Source: Octopus vulgaris
Taxonomy: Eukaryota
Assembly (NCBI GenBank): GCA_951406725.2
Contig: OX597827.1
Coordinates: forward strand, 55,118,001-55,182,000
Direction: 5' to 3'
DNA: 64,000 nt
Each line of letters opens with the position of its first letter. The stretch's first letter is position 1. A program made the position numbers and the translations under genes. The notes under the pieces are model-generated. The model worked only from the letters and a program-made list of their open reading frames with translations. It did no database searches and had not been told where the DNA came from. Shown in pieces: positions 39,633 to 52,339 of this stretch.

Positions 39633-40539
39633 CAGAGCATTAGTACCTTGAGAGAAATGTTGTACCTAAGAAGCATCAGTTGTGGTGTGCAAGAGAGACG
39701 ATTGCGCTGGTATGGTCATGTGGCAAGAATGGATGAAGATAGGTGTGTGAGAAAGTGCCAATCCCTAGCAGTTGAGGGAACCCGTGGAAGAGGTAGACCC
39801 AGGAAAACCTGGGACGAGGTGGTGAAGCACGACCTTCGGACGTTAGGTCTCACCATGGAAATGACGAGAGACCGAGACCTATGGAAGTATGCTGTGCGTG
39901 AGAAGACCCGGCAAGACTAGTGAAGCCATAACCCGTGGCCCCTACCTGGGACGTAGTCAGTCCACCTGTGCATACCTTCCTTCTTGTGACACTTGTGAAG
40001 ACCTGTTGAGGCAAGTGAGAATCGAATCAAATCAAATCAAATCGAACCAAATCAAAATAGATGAACATCAATGGAATTTGTATCCTTGTGGTACCAGTGC
40101 CGGTGGCACATAAGAAAACCATCCGAACGTGACCGTAGCCAGTACCGCAACGACTGGCCTCCGTGCTGAGGGCACGTAACAAACACCATCCGAGCGTGGC
40201 CGTCCGCCAGCCTCGTCTGGCACCTGTGTCGGTGACACATAAGAAAACACCATCCGAGCGTGGCCGTCAGCCAGCCTCGTCTGGCACCTGTGTCGGTGGC
40301 ACATAAAAAACACCATCCGAGCGTGGCCGTCTGCCAGCCTCGTCTGGCACCTGTGTCGGTGGCACATAAAATCACCCTCTACACTCTCGGAGTGGTTGGC
40401 GTTAGGAAGGGCATCCAGCTGTAGAAACACTGCCAGATCTGACTGGCCTGGTGCAGCCTTCGGGCTTGCCAGACCCCAGTTGAACCGTCCAACCCATGCT
40501 AGCATGGAAAGCGGACGTTAAACGATGATGATGATGATG

Positions 40540-40540
<1 letters not shown>
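39633..40540 (+). mobile_element. RTE-clade LINE 3' end (ORF2 C-terminus plus repeat-containing 3' UTR and (GAT)n tail), young
   Basis: RRLRWYGHVARMDEDR.VRK....VEGTRGRGRPRKTWDEVVKHDL...DRDLW, stop at 39920, then (ATCAA)n, about 58-bp tandem units and cggacgttaaac(gat)n. CpGs are retained. Confidence 0.88.
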
Positions 40541-40576
<36 letters not shown>

Positions 40577-40902
40577 TATAATTCAGGGTATCTAAGAGAT
40601 ACCGCCACGCTGGAAATAGCAGCCAAAACCTGACTCTAAAACCACATTAAGTGTTCATGAACACTTAATGTGGTTTTAGAGTCAGGTTTTGGCTGCTATT
40701 TCCAGTGTGGTGGTATCTCTTAGATACCTTAAATCATAATTTTAATTTTAATAATTTTAATAAAAATTATTACCTTTGAAGGTTTTATTCCCATGCTAGC
40801 CACTTGATAAGATCGATATTTAAATTAACGATCTTATCCTTATTTATATAAATTTATACATATACATATATATATATGTATGTATGTATGTATGTAAGTA
40901 TG

Positions 40903-40967
<65 letters not shown>

Positions 40968-42494
40968 CAGTAATGATAAAACATTTCTGTTTTGGGTTGT
41001 CACTAGTGAAATGATTTGATTGAATTGAGCTGATATCAATGAATGCAAGAACATTGTTTGAAATTTTAAATAGAAAAATATTATTTTATCATAACACAAA
41101 ACAATGTATTGTCATCATGATCAATGACAGAGGGATATCTATGCAAATTTAAAGCAATTTATGAGGTATTTGCAAGTTGAGAATGACAGTAGTTGTGATT
41201 GGTTTAGCAGTTTGACCAGCGTAAGTCACCACTAACAGCTAGGGAAAAGAGATTCAATTTAGAGTTTGTTTCTGTCAATGAAAAAAAATGGGCAAAGAAA
41301 CCAACTTGCCAATGACATCTTGTTTTACTAGCGGTTTGAGAGGTCAGTGTTTTGTTGATGTCATCAATATTAGACCAAACCACATTTGTGTTGATATAAT
41401 GAGTTCTGTGAAAGATTAGAACAGTCAGTTGTCTGCTCTAACAAACATCTTGATTGTTGGAGCTTAGCAATCCAGTTTTAATTTCTAGGTATTTTGGGAC
41501 TGCCAAATATTCTGCTACAATATTTTTACAAGAAGAATGGTGAAAGTGACTTCCAAGTTTTAGCCTGCTAGCCTGTTCATAGATTCATAAAAAGATATAC
41601 AAAATTTTAAACAACTACTAAAGATCAAACTCAACCTCCCACCCATTGAATATCTCCATTTAATTTCTGGTCAGTTGAAATTTCAAGAATTCTCTCACTT
41701 GTCACTTTTGAGATTGATTTTCATTAACAGTAATGACTTTACAATTGTGATCTCAACTGATTAAAATAATTTTCTGCTTACCACATTTAAGTATGATTCA
41801 AGTATAGCAGCCTATCTTAAAACTAAATGTTCTTCACAGAAGTTACTCTTAAGGCTATTTTCAATGTCACTATTTTAATTTATTTAAATTTATCTAATCA
41901 ATAAATTATTTTCACAGATTACTTCATTTATTGATCATTTGAAAGTCTTGACAGCTATTTATGAATTATGCTTCAATGAGAAGGTCTAAAAAGATTGTAA
42001 CTTGTTCAGAGTCATCACCATAGTGTCCAAATGTGTTTTGTATTGTTGCTTCATGAAAAGTGTGTATTAATGTATTATTTCATCTAAATCCTATAGGTCA
42101 ACAAAACATTACAAGCATGGTTTTTAAATACATTCTGTTATATTCTAATAGTAACTACTAAGAGGAGGTGGGGGTCTCATGGGTCATTATGTCATTGGTG
42201 CTCTTCTGGAGATTTAATTTTCATTTAAGATATCTAGGACAAGTCAGCCCTGGTGGAACCAATACCACTCCAAAATACACAAAAGCAAAAATTGAACTCA
42301 GTACTGCAAGCTAATAAAATACTTATTGGTTTTACAATATAACTGCTGAATACAAATATCAATTGTACCAAGTTTGAATTACATATTTACAGTAATGTGA
42401 ACTGGTCCACTTTGTTATCAACCTGCCTGTAACTACTTGTGATTACAATATAAAAGCTCTTATTTTAGTGTTCCATCATATTAGACCCTTCCAT

Positions 42495-42664
42495 CATTAG
42501 CATAGCTAGAGTGTGTGCCACCTAGTGTGGCCCTTCCATTTGCCTGCCCCCAGACCCCCCACAAAAAAAAAACACATATTGCCTACAGTAGACCCAAAAG
42601 TGCCGCCCCTTTAAAAGTACCACCCAGAGTGGACTGCCCCTACCCCTCCCCAACTATGCTAGTG
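42495..42664. mobile_element. hAT-type MITE (170 bp)
   Basis: TIRs CATTAGCATAGCT / AACTATGCTAGTG and a perfect 8-bp TSD CCTTCCAT (42487-42494, 42665-42672). Confidence 0.85.
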
Positions 42665-42955
42665 CCTTCCATCATATTTTTATGCATGTTCTATATAACA
42701 GCTTCAAATTCTTGATTATTTTAACAATTAATTGAAACTTATAAGTAGTTATTTTGATAGAAAAATGGTCACAAAAGAGTTGTTGACTTTGCTATGAATG
42801 AAGCAACAGTGATGATAACAGAATATAAAAGCTGACCAAGAAGTTTGGTAGCAAGGTTGGCTAGCCATTCTGATAATAAATACTACACATTCTTTTTTGA
42901 GCAGCCATTAAATGTACCAAATATTTTTGATCAATAAATACAATGAAATACAAAC

Positions 42956-43084
42956 CTGCTTGCGAAATGGATCAATGATAGCACATATGCAAGGATAACT
43001 CCTGATTAAGCTTGACCAAAATTCAACAGCTTCCTCCAGTGATTTAAACTGAGAACCAGACACATAATCATACACAGCTTTCTC
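42956..43084 (-). CDS. ENO4: ENO4-like coding exon
   Basis: ctacag acceptor, gtttgt donor, 129 nt, phase 0/0. Encodes EKAVYDYVSGSQFKSLEEAVEFWSSLIRSYPCICAIIDPFRKQ, matching enolase YPIVSIEDPF / ENO4 YPSIIALIDPFRKE. Not in the ORF track. Confidence 0.93.
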
Positions 43085-43704
43085 CTGTAGAAAGATGGAA
43101 CATGTAAATTCTGTTAGCAGGCATTGCTACAATAATATATCAATGAGAAATACTGAAATATTCAATTTCTTCAAGCAGATAATTAAATAATAGTATAAGT
43201 ATTCTTCTTTATACAAAAAAAAAAAGAACTTTTATACTATTTTCGTTCCTTTATTATAGACTAGTATACTATTCTTGATGTTATTTATCCTCCTAATGTT
43301 CTAGAAACCGGAGTTAAGCACTATCTGTATAGATCCCTATGATTTGAAAAAGATTAACTAAAGAAAACACGATAAATACTACAGAACAGAAGGTAAACTA
43401 CCTGATAAGAGTATTTCAATTATTGTTTCCAACTTATATCTTAATCCAGGTTCCATCTACTATTTCCAACTATTTATTGGTACCCTAAGCTATCTCAGTT
43501 GCCCTTAGTATTATTATGTCATCCTAAGTTATGTACTGCTATAGTCCTTTTCAATCCATCAATATTTTATTTACAAAAGAAATCAACATCTTATTTACCA
43601 CACATAAAGTGTCAAGCACATCAAATTGCTTGTTTTCATTCTCATTATCAGTGAGTAATTAACCCTACTGACTTTGAGTGAAGACAAAATGTTAGATGTG
43701 ATTA

Positions 43705-43965
43705 TCCTCGCCTGGCCCCCATGCCTGTGGCACATAAAAAGCACTATCCAATCGTCTGGCACCTGTGCCGGTGGCACGTAAAAAGCACCCACTACACTCA
43801 CAGAGTGGTTGGTGTTAGGAAGGGCATCCAGCCGTAGAAACACTGCCAGATCAGACTGGGCCTGGTGCAGCCTTCTGGCTTCCCAGACCCCAGTTGAACC
43901 ATCCAACCCATGCTAGCATGGAAAGCGGACGCTAAACGAAGATGATGATGATGATGATGATGATT
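43705..43965 (+). mobile_element. RTE 3' UTR fragment
   Basis: Matches 40330-40540, including the (GAT)n tail. Confidence 0.85.
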
Positions 43966-44298
43966 ACAGATATTAACAATACAAAGCAAAATAAGATGCA
44001 ACTGAGAAACAGACATTTGGGTACTCTTGTTTTTTTCATCTTACCCTGCAGTAATTATCACAAGTTTAGATAATCTTTCCCAGTCAATGAACCTGGTGCT
44101 TAACTTTAGCTCCCAAAACAAAAGAAGGATGAGAGTTAAATTTCCTCCTGGATAGCATGATGATTTGCCAAACAGGTACCTTATCCCATGAGAAGAACTG
44201 ATCTCTGCATAAACAGCCAAGAAAATTATTCTTAATTACACAGCGTTATTGCTTACAGTAGTGGGTTATATCACCCTCAATATCTACTTAGAACTAGT

Positions 44299-44686
44299 GG
44301 AGTGGAAGCACTCCGTCGGTTACGACGACAAGGGTTCCAGTTGATCAGAATCAACAGAACAGCCTGCTCGTGAAATTAACGTGTAGGTGGCTGAGCACTC
44401 CACAGACACATGTACCCTTAACGTAGTTCTCGGGGAGATTCAGCGTGACACAGAGAGTGACAATGCTGGCCCTTTGAAATACAGGTACAACAGAAACAGG
44501 AAGTAAGAGTGAGAGAAAGTTGTGGTGAAAGAGTACAGCAGGGATCACCACCATCCCTGCCGGAGCCTCGTGGAGCTTTAGGTGTTTTTGCTCAATAAAC
44601 ACTCACAACGCCCGGTCTGGGAATCGAAACCGCGATCCTATGACCGCGAGTTCGCTGCCCTAACCACTGGGCCATTGCGCCTCCAC
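44299..44686 (-). mobile_element. Young full-length tRNA(Arg-like)-derived SINE (family C, probably an octopus OR/Ceph-type SINE)
   Basis: Head ggaggcgcaatggcccagtggttagggc...ggtttcgattccc with A and B boxes, and a 9-bp TSD AGAACTAGT (44290-44298, 44687-44695). An older copy lies at 50440-50755. Confidence 0.88.
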
Positions 44687-45844
44687 AGAACTAGTAGGAC
44701 TAAATGTTTTGATCATAAGCACAATATAGTCCCAGTGATAAGACATGAACTGCTCATCCCACAGCTGGTTGTCCCACACCTTATCATCCTGGTGGTCCCT
44801 GACTTTACTCATATCTTATTTACCACAAATATATTACGACACCTATCAATTATCGGCTCATGGCCAATATCTGACTCCACTCTTTATAAAGTCTTACTAC
44901 TTGAACTTCTTTGTAACAACATCATCTTCACTTTTATTACTTTTCATAAATTACAAAAATATATCCATCACCCAAATTGCCATTTTACATCCATCATCTT
45001 TATTTCTCCTTTTTATGTCTCCAGCATTCATACATTTCACTGTAATACAGAACTACAACACTTTTATAACATTCACCACAAACTTTGCTTTTTTTTTTCA
45101 TATGGAAAGAATCACATTGCTTGGCCACAAGGGAAATCCTCCTCCAGCTATTCTACTGCTAATATTAACTAAATTGCTTACATATCAATATCAAGACTGT
45201 TCTCATATTCTAACTGAACCATTAGTCTATACAGCTTACAGTGGCAGTATGCTACATATCTGTCTAAAATACATCTGTATTACAAGAACATCAACTGTTT
45301 ACACTATCGAAGTATCTCCATCTTCATTTTTTTTTTTTACCATATAATGTTTAAGCTAGTATTTTCTCATATCTACAAGGCATTTGTTTCATCATTAAAC
45401 ATAACTAACATTAATTAATTGAATGATGTGTTCTTAACCTTTTGCCTGACCAAAGTATTTTCATAAGTTTGTTTTGAGTGTCCATGCTTGTTTTCAGACT
45501 TTTAGTTAGCCCTTGTTTCATAAGGTCAGCAGCCACTTAGCTTAATGGCTCAGAACACTCAAGTGGTATCTGAGAGGTACAGGGTTCGATTCTCTGTAGT
45601 CACCTGCTGACAACTTTTTTGTATCTTAACGGTTCAGCAAAAGAGACTGATAAAATAAGTACCAAGCTTTAAAATATACAAAAAAAGAGTACTGGGATCA
45701 ATTCATTTGACTACAAATTCCTCAAGGCAGTACCCCAGGATGACCACAGTCAAATGACTGAAACAAGTAAAAAGAAAAACAAGTAAAACAAGATAAGTCC
45801 CAAGTCACTCTGGTAGTTGAAGCAAAACTGGGAACATAACATGT

Positions 45845-46351
45845 TCACTGGCTTCCGTGCCGGTGGCATGTAAAAAGCATCAACCAATCGTGACTGCTGC
45901 CAGCCTCCCCTGGCACCTAAAAAGCACCATCCGTATGTGGCTGATGCCAGCGCCGCCTTTACTGGCTTCTGTGCCGGTGGCACATAAAAATCACCAACCG
46001 TTCATGGCCATTGCCAGCCTACTCTGGCACCTGTGCCGGTGGCACATAAAAAGCACCATCCATACATGGCCGATGCCAGCGCCACCTTGACTGGCTTCTG
46101 TGCCAGTGGCACGTAAAAACCACCAACCGATCGTGGCTGTTGCCAGCCTCCCTTGGTACCTGTGCCAGTGGCATGTAAAAAGCACCCACTACACTCACGG
46201 AGTGGTTGGCGTTAGGAAGGGCATCCAGCTGTAGAAACATTGCCAGATCAGACTGGAGCCTGGTGCAGCCTCCTGGCTTCCCAGACCCTGGTCGAATCGT
46301 CCAACCCATGCTAGCATGGAAAACGGACGTTAAACGATGATGATGATGATG
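45845..46351 (+). mobile_element. RTE 3' UTR fragment with alternating tandem units
   Basis: Repeated gtgccggtggcac-aaaaagcacc units, the shared terminal segment and a (GAT)n tail. Confidence 0.85.
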
Positions 46352-46949
46352 AACACAAGAAAAATAAGGCCTGTGTATCGTATGTGATACACAGGACAGG
46401 CAAAGTTTCTATTGATATTTCTACCATGAACTACTTTTAAATTTATTTCCAAAATAGAAGATCAAACTGAAAGTTGTTTTAATTAAGTATTTATGTTTTC
46501 TGTTATTTCTACTGGTTAAATATTGAGCAGGCAGGTGAAGAAGAGAAGGGAGGCATTGCTGTGTGTGTATTTCAACTATGAGATAAAATATACTACACTT
46601 TCCTTTTTTTAAAGTATCATTTGTTACATTAAATAAAATTAACAGGATGGATTTATCAACAATATCTCTTCAGCTTACAAGAGACTACAATAAATAAGCA
46701 TTTAAACCAGCCATATCTGGCCCAAATATTCCACTTGTTAAGGCGGTGAGCTGACAGAAATGTTAGCACGCCAGGCAAAATGCTTAGCAGTATTTTGTCT
46801 GTCTTTATGTTCTGAGTTCAAATTCCGCCGAGGTCAACTTTGCCTTTCATCCTTTCGGGGTCGATAAATTAAGTACCAGTTGCATACTGGGGTCAATGTA
46901 ATCGACTTAATCTCTTTGTTTGTTATTGTTTGTCCCCTCTATGTTTAGC

Positions 46950-47425
46950 ATATGGCCTTCCATTGCATATTCTGTCTATCCAGGACCTCAATGTAAGCAG
47001 CAGAGTTAACTCTAAGGCCTTGTGAAAAGAAGGAGGCACCACATGTCCTTCATTGCTGACAACCCCTAAAACCATGACAGTTTCAAGAAATTTTGTATGC
47101 ATAACTTCAGAAGGGTCTGCACATAACCATCTGTTATTTCTTCTGTTAACTTTTTGATCTTGGTCGAAGTTTTTCTCATTTGAGAAAAACCAAATCAAAT
47201 CTGCTGCTGGATTTTTCAGTTTGTTTAAGAACCTTTTAGATCTGATGTAGTGATTATATTTTGCTTTTTCTGACAAATTGACCTTTCCTCATCATATAAG
47301 ACATATATATCTGATGTCTTCATGGACAACATTTCTGACTCTTCCTTCTGACACATGGAGATCTTTTGCAATTGACCCACAGCTCTTGAATTTTTTCTTA
47401 TTCTGTTTTCTCTTAATCTGTATGT
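46950..47425 (-). mobile_element. Tc1/mariner (maT/DD37D-like) transposase remnant
   Basis: IAKDLHVSEGRVRNVVHEDIRY and IWFFSNEKNFDQDQKVNRRNNRWLC...TKF.ETVMVLGVVSNEGHVVPP, frameshifted. Confidence 0.8.
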
Positions 47426-47435
47426 TGCTACTTTG

Positions 47436-47478
<43 letters not shown>

Positions 47479-47490
47479 TTCTCTCTCTCT

Positions 47491-47541
<51 letters not shown>

Positions 47542-47710
47542 AAATACATACATACATATATATATATATACATACATACATATATACACACCATACAAGT
47601 GGTCAGAAAGTCACTGATAGTTATGCATCTACAACTGCACTTGGCAATACTAACTCATCATGTTTGAATGAGTCATCTGTATTGCCTAGTACATATAATG
47701 TATGTATGTG

Positions 47711-47771
<61 letters not shown>

Positions 47772-48106
47772 TTCACACACACAAACACATTCTATTACAT
47801 TTGTAAAATGTTTCAAAATGCATCTATCTGAAACATTGTTTCTAAATGAGTTGATAATCATGAAAATAGATTAAGAGATGTGTCAGAAAATAGAGAGAAT
47901 GTTACAAAACTAAAAATAAAAAATTACCAACAAATATAGGTAAAAAGAATTCTTTACCGTTGTGTTGAATCATAGTCACTGAAGAAAAATGTTTATTTTA
48001 AAGAGAATTGAAATACAAGCTTCAAAAAGAGTGGACTGAAATTACAAGTTTCTAAGTACGTCACAGTTCTAAATCCAGAAGAGACGTATTACCTTAGTAA
48101 CATTAC

Positions 48107-48168
<62 letters not shown>

Positions 48169-49185
48169 AGATACACACACACTTTCACACACACATATAC
48201 ATAAATAAACATGCAGTGATAAAGTTTTCGTTTTCATAAATAATAATTTCAAATTTTCGCACAAGGCCAGTAATTTCGGGAGCTGGGGGAGATAAGTTGA
48301 TTACATTAGCCCCAGTGCTCAATTGGTACTCATTTTATCAACCTTGAAAGGATGAAAGGCAAAGTCAACCTCAGCAGAATTTGAACTCAGAACATAGAGA
48401 CCAAGCATTTTGCCTGGCATAGTGACAATTCTACCAGCTCTTTGCATTCTTTTTAATAAATAATGCAAAATAAAGTGATCAAGTATTACATTTTTGGAAC
48501 AGTGAATCTCAAAGCAAATAAAGCTATAAATAATAACATAAAAATTAGGTTAAAGGAATCCTCTGGATGGAAAAAAATCAAAGGCCGCACATGGAATTGA
48601 TCCCACATCTGTAAACATGACAGGTGTTCTACCATTGGACAAAAACAATCCTTGAAATTTCTGTCCATTTTAGAATTGTATGTTGTTGACCATCATAAGA
48701 ATTTATAAATTTTAAAGGAACACAAAAGAATTATTTTTTTGGAATGGTGGTTCTTGAAGCAAATACAGCTATAAATAACAGCATGTAAATACTGCACCAT
48801 TCCAAAAAAAAAAAAAAGAAAAGAAAAGAAAAAGGAATTATTTCAGCTTCTCTCAAAGTTTATAAAATTCTTGTGATATCAAATATCAATTTACCAAGAA
48901 TATTAAAAATCTTCAAGCATTTTGTAATATGAGTATTTATAAACATATTCCCATCAGATTATCTACAATTTCAAATTAATTTTAAGGAAAAAAGAAAAAA
49001 AATATTTGTTTTAGTATATTTTTAACATGTTTCTCGAGCTTTAATAATAATTCTACCTTGTGAATTTCCTTGAGGGCCTTTTTGTGGGTCATTCTATTAT
49101 TTCCTTTAATTAATACCAAGACATCTGAGAGGGTGAAATGTATATATACATGCATATATTAATATACATACACACTGCATATATT

Positions 49186-49260
<75 letters not shown>

Positions 49261-49377
49261 AAGGTTAAGTCAAAAATTATATGCACTCCTGTTTTTGTCA
49301 TTCATTAAAACAAAATCAGGGGCTGAACAATTACATCATTTTTCAACATAGTCTACTTGCTTATTGATGAACTTCTT

Positions 49378-49432
<55 letters not shown>

Positions 49433-49436
<4 letters not shown>

Positions 49437-49627
49437 GGTCCCGGGTTGAGTCGGGGTTAACCACAGTAAATAAGGTACTCAATACATAGCAGAGTAAATT
49501 AATTTATTTTATAGAAGGAGCTTCTACAGGACTAGAACTGTTTCATTCAAAAGAAATCATCAGGCTTCCTCATGATTTCTTTTGAATGAAACAGTTCTAG
49601 TCCTGTAGAAGCTCCTTCTATAAAATA

Positions 49628-49630
<3 letters not shown>
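49433..49630. mobile_element. PLE-like fold-back element in (TA)n
   Basis: 58-bp perfect inverted arms (49503-49560 and 49572-49629), with a CTGATGA...GAAAC motif on the minus strand. Confidence 0.6.
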
Positions 49631-49680
<50 letters not shown>

Positions 49681-49714
49681 CACATTTATAAAACAATGAA
49701 ACAGAATCTCTTAC

Positions 49715-49879
49715 TCGATCCAAGATTTCATGCGCAGCACAGTTTATAGCAAAAAAAAAGTCTTTTCCACCAATATAGCCAGCATGCTCAGCAGCTTGCA
49801 GTAGAGAATCTATAACCGATTCTGGCCTGTCAAAGGGCAATGCAACAGCACCTAACTGGCTTACAGTAGATAGATTCAC
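49715..49879 (-). CDS. ENO4: ENO4-like coding exon
   Basis: tttgcag acceptor, gtaag donor, 165 nt, phase 0/0. Encodes VNLSTVSQLGAVALPFDRPESVIDSLLQAAEHAGYIGGKDFFFAINCAAHEILDR. AINCAxHE is the ENO4-type version of the enolase GLDCASSEF motif. Confidence 0.92.
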
Positions 49880-50439
49880 CTGCAAAGAAACATAAGAAGA
49901 AATTATTAACTGACATATTTCTGTAATCTGAATCCATTACATAACTTACATCACTTATATTTCATCATTTACTTTTATTTCTGTTTTTTAATTTTGTTTC
50001 CATGTTGGTATGGGTTGAATGCAAATGTTTGCTTATATTACTGTATAACATGTAAAGGTGTTACTAGGACAGTAGATAAGAAGTCTGCCTTTCAGTTGAA
50101 AACCACTGTTCCTGTACTGCATCACCAATTGCACAATTGCACTTATCTGGTATATGGAAAAAAAACTTCGTCAATGGACATTGGTTTGCACTATAAGAGT
50201 CTAATTTGAGAGAGAGAGACAGAGACAGAGACCTTGTAGAAATATTCTATGATAATTACTCCCTGGCCTATTTTCTAGAGCAGGTAAGCATAGAGAAGGA
50301 ACACTGGATCTTTGGAAATTAAACTGAATACTTGTTCACATACACAGTATCAATTTTGGTAAGTATAGGGAGGGAACACTAAACCCTGGCGCAATACATT
50401 ATCCCATAGCTATGAAATTTCATTCTCTGTCTCTCATAA

Positions 50440-50755
50440 CTGGCACTCCATGATCACGACGGTTCTTGTTGATCCAGTCAACAGAACATCCTTCTTATGA
50501 AATAAATGTGCAAGTAGCTGAGCACTCCACAGACACACATACCCTTGAAGTAGTTCTCAGGGAGATTTTGCATGACACAGAATGTGACAAGGTCGACCCT
50601 TTAAATTACAGGTACTCACATTTGCCAGCTGAGTGGACTGGAGCAATGTAAAATAGTGTTTTGCTCCAGAACATAATAATGCACCATTGGAATTGAACTC
50701 GTGATCTTACAACTGTGTGCTGAATACCATAACCACAAAGCTACGTGCCTTCACT
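50440..50755 (-). mobile_element. Degenerate SINE family C copy
   Basis: Matches 44320-44480 and a tRNA-like head. Confidence 0.75.
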
Positions 50756-51034
50756 CTGTCCATCATTATGCCATAAAGATAAGAAAGCCAGTTTATAATA
50801 TACAAGAGAAATATTTTTCTAAGATTTCATAGATCTATATTGTTGACGCACATTCTAAACAAGAGCACTTTATACATAAAAACAAATATGAAAATTCTAA
50901 TAAGGCAATGTATCTTCTTTAATGAAAAAGTAAAATATATTGTTTTTATTCTTTTATTTTTTCACTTGCTTCAGTCATTGCATTGCAGTTATGTGTGTAT
51001 GTATGTATGTATGTGCATATGCATATATATATAC

Positions 51035-51086
<52 letters not shown>

Positions 51087-51116
51087 TGTTAACAAGGGGA
51101 AAATACACACATCTAT

Positions 51117-51163
<47 letters not shown>

Positions 51164-51977
51164 ATGTATATATGCATGCATTTATGTGTACTTGTATATA
51201 TGTATATCTGTATATATGTATATGTGCAGGTATTTATGTGTCCTTGTATACATGTATTTATGTGTCCATGTGTGTGTTTGTGTGTGTGTCTTGGTGTCTT
51301 GACAGCTGGTGTTTATGTGTTAACATCCCTGTAACTTAGCAGTTCAGCAAAAGTGACTGTTAGAAATAGTACCAGGCTTCACAAAAAAAATAAGTACTAG
51401 GATCATTCAGTCACCTAAAAATTCTTCAAGAACATGGCTGTAGTCTAATGACTGGAACAAGTAAATATCCTGTACTTATCAACCAACATGGTAAAAATGG
51501 TACTAGAGAAAGGCTTCCTTACAACCAACACCACCACCACCACTACTACAGTTGATGAGGACATGATGATGATGATGATGGTATTATCACCACCACCACC
51601 TCTACTATCATAGCTACAAAAGATGATTAAATGTCTTCAGGCAAGCAACAGAATATAGGAAAGCTTACCTTTACTTTGTACTAGGTAAACATGAAACAGG
51701 AGAAGTAGAAAGGTAGTGATGGAGAGAGGTGGAGAATAGACAAGTGGTACAAAGAATATGTGTAAGGGGAAGAGGTGAACAGAAAGAGCAAGAATGATAT
51801 TTAATCACCTGAGAAGAAGAAAAAGAAGAAAAAAGGGGGCAAGGAGGAATGGACAAGGTGTGGCCAGAACTAAAGTTGATATGATACAATAAGTTACAAA
51901 CCATTGTTTTGTACTCTCACATTAAAGATGGGTGAGGTACCTACCTACCTACCTACCTATCTACCAATCTACCAATC

Positions 51978-52016
<39 letters not shown>

Positions 52017-52017
52017 C

Positions 52018-52048
<31 letters not shown>

Positions 52049-52277
52049 ACATACATACATACATATATGCTTTCGGTGAGAATGTTTTTTTATACGGCAC
52101 CGACTTTACAATCCTGTCAATAATAATAATGGTATTTTTGTATAAGCTTAAAGCTTATGCCAATCACCGTGCAATGACTAAGGAAAATTGTCTAATAAAG
52201 GAGTATGTAAGCCCTCCCCAGAAAAAGAAGGCTTTCCTATCCATGTGAGAGCCAAACTCACATCCCTTTGTTAACGC

Positions 52278-52339
<62 letters not shown>

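Noticed and set aside
40097-40375. CRISPR-like spacing of palindromic repeats (also 45845-46195)
   Set aside because: The apparent spacers are homologous to each other, the array is in a LINE 3' UTR in eukaryotic DNA, and no cas genes are present.
44610-44686. tRNA-Arg-like sequence (also 62636-62710)
   Set aside because: It is the head of a TSD-flanked SINE and lacks a proper acceptor stem, so it is not a tRNA gene.
44582-45347. Overlapping 196-aa and 200-aa ORFs
   Set aside because: One starts inside an antisense SINE, both have compositionally biased sequence with no domain motifs, and they probably reflect a G-poor decayed repeat.
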